A stretch of DNA of 64,000 bases from a virus. Below the pieces are notes generated by a model. It was given only the letters and a program-made list of their open reading frames with translations, ran no database searches and was not told the origin of the DNA. Both the position numbers and the translations under genes were made by a program. The stretch is taken from positions 1 through 64,000 of the IMG/VR virus record IMGVR_UViG_3300008450_000005; one strand, 5' to 3'. This document shows positions 57,601-64,000 of the stretch, piece after piece (position 1 is the first letter of the stretch; every line of letters begins with the position of its first letter).

Positions 57601-60132
57601 ACCGGCAGAGCCAATTTTTCTCGTATCGTTCCGATCGTAAATAAATGGGTTTATACAGGCGGTACGGATGCACGTGGAAACATGTACAGACTAAATCTGA
57701 CACCTGCTTTCTCCACTACAAACTTTTCACCTAGTTTAGAGAAAGAAACACCAGATCCTAACTATTTAACCCACGAATGGTTTGTTTTAGAGGGATTACC
57801 ACAGCAATACCCTCCTTCAGCTCTAGAAAATCAAAATAGCTATCTACCATATAAAGTAGATCTAGATACTTTGAGAAGCGCTGATCCTACTAATTCTCTG
57901 TATTTCAGCGATACCTTCACAGTCGAGGGAACAGACTATCTAGGGGCTTATTCGAATTCGACTTTACCAACGAAAGAATTTTTCACTCCTCTATATTTCA
58001 ATAAATCCAATGGTTTTTATGAAACACTATTCAGAGGGGTAAAGATCCAATTCAGAAAAAGATCAACCTTAACCAACCCGACTAACGATCTTGATCGGTA
58101 TGTTCCTAATTATCGTGGATACGAAGGATATAAATTTTCAGCTATCTTACGGATAGTAGAAGAGGATAGCACCTCAATCCAAAGTCCGGTACAGTATGAG
58201 GTAATCGAAAATGCAACCCAGCAATTTGTTCTTCTGGTTTGCTACGTTACGATTAATGACTACCGTGCTAATGTATTAGGACACACCGGTGCAACCGGTT
58301 TTTCACCGTATCTGGATTACCTCTTGATGTATTCTCTGATAGACAAGAAGAAAAATAGCGGTATAGGTTTAACCGCTAGCACACCTCAAGAACTTTATAA
58401 GATAGGAGACACAAAGCTCAGCGTAGCTCTTGATTTGAGCGTGACGTCTGGAAGCTCAGTTACTTCGTTCACTGATCCGGGTGTTATCTATTCGATTCCG
58501 AACCCAGATTATGATAGTGATTTGAGAGAAGAGATTAATCTTTTCTACCCACAAGGAGCAAATACTCTGATTGGATCAACCGGGGCTGGAAGTTTTTCGG
58601 TTCCTAGCAACACATCAACCTATCCTTGGCCAACCGGAAGATCTATTTCTTTTGTTAATTTTGGACCAATTGATTCTCTCAATTATACTTTTAATATTCC
58701 GTTCTCACCAACCTCACCAGCGACAATCCCTCTCGGATCAAAGCTCACTTATGAGGATAAACCGGTTTTCCAATTATCGGGCGGAGAGAACTACTTTGAT
58801 TTCATTATAAAAAGGATATCCACTGCAGAGATTGCAAAAAGGTTTAATAACTTAAACCCCTATATCTCATATAATTCGTACTATTGGGATTCAGCCACAT
58901 CTTCTACTTTGGTAGATACCCAATCATTGAACATGAACTTCTTGAAGCCTAGTTATCTTTCAAGAAATACTGGTTTAAGACCGGCTCCATCAGTTCAAGG
59001 ACCATCTACCCTGGGTGTTTCTACGATTACAACTTACGACATTGTTGATGGTGGAATACAATATGCTTCTGACCTAGCTCGTTATAATGGTGGGTATGAG
59101 CCTTTAACTCGCAAAAGCATTCTATTCAAAAACGATAAGACTGATACTATTGTTGGATACACCGCTATAGATCTTTCTTTCAGAAATTGTACTTTCGCTC
59201 CTAACCAGAAGGGATTTGGACTAATCAAGAATTTGTGTTATACCAAGGTGAGCACGAATAAGGGATTGCTGGACAAGGCCGCTAATCTCCCTCAGGGACC
59301 TGTTTATCCATTGGTTGGTTTAACCCCAGTGGCTAAAAAGGATTTCTCGATCTTCCAATCCAATTGGGAATCTGGCTATTATAATTTATTCAGCGACGTT
59401 TTTTCTGAAACACCAGTTGCTGGAACCAGGTCTATGAAAGAATATAACTCTTTCTTTGGCTCGAAGATGATGAGAACCCCTGATAATATTTTGGCTTCTA
59501 CATTCATCACATTGCCAGTTTCACGTTTGAGCGGTAATAGTAATGTTGATGAAATAAATCTCGCTGCAGCAGCTGCAGTTACCCAGATCCAAAATATGCC
59601 TATCACATCCAGCGGGACTGGAATAGGACAATTGGACACTGCTTTTGTTTCAGTAGATCTTCAGGTTCTTGATCTGAACATATATCCTGATGTTGAAGTA
59701 TTCTATCAGCTTCTTGATTCGAACCAATTATTCGGTATTATCAGATTAGATAGAATTCTAAGAAGATTCTTGTTGAATGCTGGAGTAAAGAATGTTTTCC
59801 AGCAGAATATGATATCTGAATTTGGTGTGGGCAATCCAAACAGCATTGAAGATGATATCAGAGAATATATCGCATTGAACGTAATTCCGATCTTCACTGC
59901 ACAATCATTTAACCTCTATGTCAAGCAGGTTTCCGATCCATCCACAGATAATGGCGGTCTGCGTTACGTAGTAGGTGATATTTTAGGTAAGGATAGATAC
60001 AAGGAAGGCTATAAACCGGAGGATGGTTTAAGCCTGGTTAAAATAAGTGAATTGGTTTACACGTTCACTTATGATGTACCAGCAACCTCTAATTGGTCTC
60101 TAAACTTCAGTTTTGGAATACAAAAAATTTAA
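54661..60132 (+). CDS. Very large virion structural protein with internal CBM5/12-like module
   Basis: 1823 aa; WNTTSFYPTGVIVLYGGEYWQS...PDSDPVFWQ. Confidence 0.6.
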   Translation: MAGEKLYDSNTSFQILRTNPKLTGNFRIAVDSQNKVWLNSLDVNTTLSNNRYKKFEVTGQQSYATDVFNFFQRGSTPNEVIFESASLTDGNLQSSTTFNDQYDFFYASGASTLVDKNYPENFRYFAPLWIKDVIPDYFVIFKVPNPLSFPYTTNVTSIVAGKTYKVIQNPTSSDVFSVSYGIDLSGNPVTYTAGQFITGVDSYSTYTIISGQGNVALFDELAFYPEVSDVSAYFEDQILPNCQSIATFDLREGTTIGNYIRNLYRDQNYNQSPVTFGMGNAYTYWNGVNLTSGVLGQKGEILDSYFRSTSSIPMIDFEATMTGGFERNGIVCANLLNLEFYFDDDDSDLYTINRYFGAYVSRNDTGSFKLNGDFFWDYKDEPGNLNLPKPTRDNLGYYYNNVSAFQSSTGGVRLYYEGATGWIPGALDINQNNPDKLFYITDKLDRLYSLKRTPEASIPDYAEFGPWLGITGGFGTTGFVGATSGSLVIGDQQVNLLDFTGPDDKLGSFNGSTPVDAGCSYISITFKNEIPVSKKIVFRIAWPEGSRGTLQEKFDLVENGDFSGSQIRWIPGDSYAVGNDYYFNGLIGQGGTGDIAKSFSGAAGEITSIGWISAPSGTDSVIRLVVPGSYGNKTYRVSVHDDYQIFATSYVGDWNTTSFYPTGVIVLYGGEYWQSIASVPSTITGNLTPDSDPVFWQKYYSLSDTSLSDTIFLDGKDATSISGPVHFRGGTDSNQIRVVFGKENDLSVVKGNWIETTTGFSIIKQVDKYVDSPSFTNGFPSGWNGYNSLSVAVLADQNAIVSFGTNRQFNAFKMTELSTGVFTFFDVRDLDFDFYSSVYATTPTPEFYRYFQLISNQAGNIINGVKYLVQTGSITYNGTVYTPGKIFIGTSSANLFIDNIQSGPKSIVVPAEFTKLVYSDSSATYNVPVDAENNIGKFQGFIGIESISTINRDPNLTPKEYQFEGNKLTNEYDYLEENYTTGRANFSRIVPIVNKWVYTGGTDARGNMYRLNLTPAFSTTNFSPSLEKETPDPNYLTHEWFVLEGLPQQYPPSALENQNSYLPYKVDLDTLRSADPTNSLYFSDTFTVEGTDYLGAYSNSTLPTKEFFTPLYFNKSNGFYETLFRGVKIQFRKRSTLTNPTNDLDRYVPNYRGYEGYKFSAILRIVEEDSTSIQSPVQYEVIENATQQFVLLVCYVTINDYRANVLGHTGATGFSPYLDYLLMYSLIDKKKNSGIGLTASTPQELYKIGDTKLSVALDLSVTSGSSVTSFTDPGVIYSIPNPDYDSDLREEINLFYPQGANTLIGSTGAGSFSVPSNTSTYPWPTGRSISFVNFGPIDSLNYTFNIPFSPTSPATIPLGSKLTYEDKPVFQLSGGENYFDFIIKRISTAEIAKRFNNLNPYISYNSYYWDSATSSTLVDTQSLNMNFLKPSYLSRNTGLRPAPSVQGPSTLGVSTITTYDIVDGGIQYASDLARYNGGYEPLTRKSILFKNDKTDTIVGYTAIDLSFRNCTFAPNQKGFGLIKNLCYTKVSTNKGLLDKAANLPQGPVYPLVGLTPVAKKDFSIFQSNWESGYYNLFSDVFSETPVAGTRSMKEYNSFFGSKMMRTPDNILASTFITLPVSRLSGNSNVDEINLAAAAAVTQIQNMPITSSGTGIGQLDTAFVSVDLQVLDLNIYPDVEVFYQLLDSNQLFGIIRLDRILRRFLLNAGVKNVFQQNMISEFGVGNPNSIEDDIREYIALNVIPIFTAQSFNLYVKQVSDPSTDNGGLRYVVGDILGKDRYKEGYKPEDGLSLVKISELVYTFTYDVPATSNWSLNFSFGIQKI

Positions 60133-60135
60133 CAG

Positions 60136-61662
60136 ATGGCTGAACCAAGTATACTATCATTTAATTATTCCGACGATCAGTTAGAGATTGTAAGAAAATT
60201 AAATTACAATTTCGAGCAGATCTCCGCCGCAGATGGTGGGGTTCAAGGACCAATCGGCCCAACTGGTGCTACTGGATTAATAGGACAGATCGGTCCAATT
60301 GGTCCAACCGGTAATACCGGTCCGAGAGGAAGTAGATGGTTTGTAGGCGGGATTGAAGCACCGACTGGAGGATATGGAGATGTAACGGTTGAAGGAGACT
60401 ACTGGATCGATACCGATGCTATAGAAAAAACTCTTTATGTTTTTGGTCCATCGGGATGGCTTGATACAGGCTATGACTTGATACCCGAGGACGAGTTTAA
60501 GTTTATCCCTGATCTAATTACAGCCACTGGTGCAACTTCTAATTTTTTGGCAATTGTCCAGAACACTCTTTTACCATCGTCAAACACATTCGTTTTAAGC
60601 GACGGTAATCCATCTATTGAATTAACCAATCCCGATTATACAAATTTCCTGATCACGACAGACCCTGGGGTTAATCAGTATCCGATCATGGAGTTCTCTC
60701 GCAGCGATGCGACTATAATTGGAGCTTCAGGTTATTTCAAAAGACCAATTTGGAGATGGACTGGCGGGGATAATGACTATAACTTGGCTTTCGCTGTCCC
60801 TAGCGATAGGCTAACTATTTTGACCAAGTCGGGAATAACCGGAACCGTCACAAATAAGGCAAATTTCCAGGCGGATGATTCACTCTTTTTGACCAGCAAA
60901 TCAACAATAGATTTCACTTCAGGAGGTCCTTCATTCTTCAATACTCCCGGATCTTTGGGTATTACAGCATCAAATTTATCACTAAATAGTACAAGGCTGG
61001 AAACTGATGTTGATTTGAAAATCCAGACTATACCTGGTAAATCTCCATCAAATGATCCAGTTTTCGGTAATTACTCTCTCTGGATAGACAACCCTTCAGG
61101 GACATCCTTATTCTTGGGAGCAACCGGTATTGCCACAGGTGGCAATCATTTAATGGTTGCAAAGAAGGATCAAACCAATTTACTCGAAGTTAGAAGCGAT
61201 GGAGTATTTTACGCTAAGAAAAGAACCACATACAATAAAAGGCCGGTTTTCAATTCTTCAAATTCTATCTCAATAGATTATGGAAGTGGATTGATAATCT
61301 CCTGGTATTTCATAACTGCATCTAGCCTGTCCTACAATAATACATTCCTTATTGATGTAAATCCGGCCAACGATATCGGTGTGGCCGTTAACGTAAGATC
61401 TGGAGACGGTGATAACGTTATGAACTTGCTAGAAAAATACCAGTCCATGAAAATAAACGTTCTAACTAGCACGAACGATCCGATGAAAAAAATCAAATAT
61501 CTAGGATATTACACTGGTTCTCCACCATTGGTAGGCCAATATATAAAATTTGGCTCAGGATTGAACCAGGCTGAATTGGAAGTTCTCAGAGGAGACGGTA
61601 TCACAGCAACTAGCAGTAGAATTCTTTATTCATCGAATCAGGGGTCGGGTAGATTGCTTTAA
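60136..61662 (+). CDS. Collagen-like tail fibre protein
   Basis: KLNYNF helix, about 10 Gly-X-Y triplets, RGSRW, GDYWI. Confidence 0.7.
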   Translation: MAEPSILSFNYSDDQLEIVRKLNYNFEQISAADGGVQGPIGPTGATGLIGQIGPIGPTGNTGPRGSRWFVGGIEAPTGGYGDVTVEGDYWIDTDAIEKTLYVFGPSGWLDTGYDLIPEDEFKFIPDLITATGATSNFLAIVQNTLLPSSNTFVLSDGNPSIELTNPDYTNFLITTDPGVNQYPIMEFSRSDATIIGASGYFKRPIWRWTGGDNDYNLAFAVPSDRLTILTKSGITGTVTNKANFQADDSLFLTSKSTIDFTSGGPSFFNTPGSLGITASNLSLNSTRLETDVDLKIQTIPGKSPSNDPVFGNYSLWIDNPSGTSLFLGATGIATGGNHLMVAKKDQTNLLEVRSDGVFYAKKRTTYNKRPVFNSSNSISIDYGSGLIISWYFITASSLSYNNTFLIDVNPANDIGVAVNVRSGDGDNVMNLLEKYQSMKINVLTSTNDPMKKIKYLGYYTGSPPLVGQYIKFGSGLNQAELEVLRGDGITATSSRILYSSNQGSGRLL

Positions 61663-61673
61663 TAGATAAATTT

Positions 61674-61859
61674 ATGTTGACTTGCGGAAATTCATGCGAC
61701 ATCAAATGGGAAATCTCGGTCTTACATGAGACGAAAGATGGTTTACTAGTTATGACACCAAACGGTGACCTGAACTGGATGAGCCATATAGATTATCAAA
61801 ATTTTTTAAACCAAAGGAAGTTAAGATCCAAATCCGTGCTGGAAGAAGATGATAATTAA
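61674..61859 (+). CDS. Small hypothetical protein
   Basis: 61-aa ORF filling the gap between fibre genes. Confidence 0.5.
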   Translation: MLTCGNSCDIKWEISVLHETKDGLLVMTPNGDLNWMSHIDYQNFLNQRKLRSKSVLEEDDN

Positions 61860-61883
61860 TAATAGGGCCGTTTAGAGATTATC

Positions 61884-61891
61884 GATATATA
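61884..61891 (+). promoter_or_regulatory. Putative late promoter GATATATA
   Basis: 5 nt before ATG 61897. Confidence 0.6.
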
Positions 61892-61896
61892 AATAC

Positions 61897-63504
61897 ATGG
61901 CCGATTTAAAGCTTGTTCGGATTACAAAAGGAGATACCCAAACGGTACTCATAAATAAATTAAATCAAAATTTCGGAAGGATACTTTCTTCCGGCGGAGG
62001 AACCTATGGAAGGACTGGACAGGCAGGAACAATTGGCAACCCTGGGCTAACAGGTCCAACTGGAGACTATGGATCACCTGGTATCAGAGGATCTAAATGG
62101 TTTGTCTCGAATCTAGAACCACCCACAGGACTAACCGGATATTATGATGGTGACCATTGGGTAGTATCAACTGATGACTTCAAAGATTACATTTTAACTG
62201 GCGGGGTTTGGACTCCAAGCGGTTTATTTCTAACCGGAACTCAGTTTTTCACCAAAATCGAAGACATCAAGGATAGAACCGGCGATCAGACTAAAAATGC
62301 AATCGTCGAATTCACATCTACCCCATCTTCAACAACCATGGTTTTGTCTGATACCACCACGAGTACTTCGTATGGTAACAGTCAATATTCAAAATTCCAA
62401 ATATCCACTATTGGATCAGCTGGTAGAAATGTCCTAGAATTCTCTAAATCTGAATTACAGGACGGAACCGGTGCGGAAGCTTCGAAACATCCATATTTTG
62501 CATGGGAATTTGATGCAACACCGAATGATTACAGTCTAGTTTGGGGAATGACCGGCGGAGGATTCTTTTTGTCTGCTTCTGATTTGGCTATGATATCCCA
62601 AACTTCTGACTTTGAAATAGGAGTTACCGGAGCGATCATTTTTGATAATTCAAGTTCTCTGTTTCAATTTTCTAAAGAAAACATTGAGGTATCAACCGGG
62701 TCAGATTTTTATCTTTCATCAACAAGCACAAGTTTAGGAGCTACCGGTCTATCACTCTCCGGCAGTTTAAAGATTAACTCGGATTCAGCAACGGTTCCGG
62801 GAGTTACTTCAGATTCGTATATTACTGACGGTGGAAATGTTAGAATAACCTACACTACACCAAGCTCACTCAATCTACAGGATTCTCAAATCTCCTTAGT
62901 TAACGTAGTCCACGATTCAATCACAAACCCACTGTTCTTAAGCACAGCAGACGGCGAAACGAGATTTGCAAATTTATCTGAATCATATAACCAGGACCTA
63001 ACCGTTTTATCTGGCGCAACGGGAGCATATACCCGTGGTGGCACTGGATATTATATAAATTGGGCATCGGTTTCTCCAGCACCGGTCGGACCTACTGCCG
63101 ATCGTTCTCTTGCATACTTTAACACCGTAATAGTAAGTCCTTCGGGATTAACAGGTGGTGGAACAGCGGGCAATCCATTTAATGGGGTCAGCTTTTTAGG
63201 CACTTACGGATCAGGAATGAATAATAACCCTCTTGCTAAGATGATCGAAGAAAATAGATCATTCTCCCTCACTGTAACAGGGACTACGCAAGACCATTCA
63301 TTTAAAGCTGTTGGGATTGGAACTTATTCTAATCCAGCATCTCCTTTCCCGAATCCGTCAGTTGGTTCCGAATGGCAGATTTTACCATTTGCGTCACCGG
63401 CTGTTACTTTCCATGTCATGAGATTACCAAACAACGGAGCAACTGGTAGCTGGAGGGTTTTCTTCGAGGCTAATAAATTTTCAGGATTACTTTACGAGGC
63501 ATGA
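61897..63504 (+). CDS. Collagen-like tail fibre protein (paralog 2)
   Basis: GDTQTVLINKLNQNF, Gly-X-Y run, RGSKW, GDHWV. Confidence 0.7.
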   Translation: MADLKLVRITKGDTQTVLINKLNQNFGRILSSGGGTYGRTGQAGTIGNPGLTGPTGDYGSPGIRGSKWFVSNLEPPTGLTGYYDGDHWVVSTDDFKDYILTGGVWTPSGLFLTGTQFFTKIEDIKDRTGDQTKNAIVEFTSTPSSTTMVLSDTTTSTSYGNSQYSKFQISTIGSAGRNVLEFSKSELQDGTGAEASKHPYFAWEFDATPNDYSLVWGMTGGGFFLSASDLAMISQTSDFEIGVTGAIIFDNSSSLFQFSKENIEVSTGSDFYLSSTSTSLGATGLSLSGSLKINSDSATVPGVTSDSYITDGGNVRITYTTPSSLNLQDSQISLVNVVHDSITNPLFLSTADGETRFANLSESYNQDLTVLSGATGAYTRGGTGYYINWASVSPAPVGPTADRSLAYFNTVIVSPSGLTGGGTAGNPFNGVSFLGTYGSGMNNNPLAKMIEENRSFSLTVTGTTQDHSFKAVGIGTYSNPASPFPNPSVGSEWQILPFASPAVTFHVMRLPNNGATGSWRVFFEANKFSGLLYEA

Positions 63505-64000
63505 AAATTAACAATAAATATATTAGAACAGGCGACCCTGCTTCTACAATCATCGATAAATCGAATTTCAACTTCGATCAAATTCTAGCGAGTGGATTTG
63601 GTGGAACCGGCTTCAATGGAGTTAAGGGACCAACCGGCGTAATAGGAAAAATTGGGCCTGATGGACCACAAGGAGCTACAGGTGTAAGAGGTTCTAATTG
63701 GTATCAGCAGAACACTTCTCCTTCAACAGCAGGAGCAAGTCCTTATGATTACTGGATAAATACTTCTAGCACGAATCAAGACCAGGTTTATTACTATGCC
63801 GGACCAACTTCTGGTTGGGTTGATTCGGGAGCATCTCTCAGAACTAATGGGGTCTTTGCTGGTGTTCAATCACTTTTGGGACCAGAAGGAGCTACAGGTT
63901 ATTCCGCAATTGTTATTAACGGCACTGGCGGAAGCCAAGCCAGAACTACTTTTGTCTATTCTGACACTGTATTTTCGGCTATCAACGCCAATCCCAATTT
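63501..64000 (+). CDS. Collagen-like tail fibre protein (paralog 3), truncated by window end
   Basis: Hand-translated from an ATGA overlap: MKINNKYIRTGDPASTIIDKSNFNFDQIL...GPTGVIGKIGPDGPQGATGVRGSNW; open to the window edge; not in the ORF track. Confidence 0.8.
   Translation, partial: MKINNKYIRTGDPASTIIDKSNFNFDQILASGFGGTGFNGVKGPTGVIGKIGPDGPQGATGVRGSNWYQQNTSPSTAGASPYDYWINTSSTNQDQVYYYAGPTSGWVDSGASLRTNGVFAGVQSLLGPEGATGYSAIVINGTGGSQARTTFVYSDTVFSAINANPN

Noticed and set aside
1-64000. Stop-codon reassignment as seen in some jumbo phages
   Set aside because: Genes tile densely at full length under the standard code, and TAA, TAG and TGA all end real genes
1-64000. tRNA, rRNA, integrase, transposase, intron or intein
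   Set aside because: No cloverleaf, rRNA-like tract or mobile-element motif was recognised by eye, and intergenic gaps are mostly too short; tRNAscan-SE and Infernal would be needed to exclude them formally

Overview
This 64-kb window is part of the genome of a large (probably jumbo) T4-like myovirus, read in the standard genetic code and almost entirely on the + strand. From left to right it holds: (1) a small DNA-repair cluster (UVR-motif protein, degenerate UvsE-like protein, NEIL1-like glycosylase, DEDD exonuclease); (2) a head module (Pol-beta nucleotidyltransferase, gp21-like prohead protease fused to a repeat scaffold, gp23-like major capsid protein) surrounded by many ORFs that carry a T4-type capsid-targeting-like peptide; (3) a kinase plus asparagine-synthetase-like pair and a Nudix hydrolase; (4) a baseplate/neck module (gp53-, hub-, gp5-, gp13-, gp25-, gp6-like) interrupted by an S1-domain protein and an amidoligase-like protein; (5) about 26 kb of large tail/fibre proteins with an inverted phoH. 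A recurring GATATATA box is the likely late promoter, and a G(G/A)AAC-N18/19-T(A/T)TAA(T/C) motif precedes non-virion genes. A-rich starts without Shine-Dalgarno sites and a Reg_prop-type propeller hint at a Bacteroidota host (inference). The most interesting signals are the shared capsid-targeting-like motif, which matches the scaffold repeat and tags an enzyme, a roughly ten-fold enrichment of G-x-T-G confined to tail/fibre proteins, and a probable nested scaffold gene with its own promoter. All family calls come from reading motifs by eye; no database search was run.
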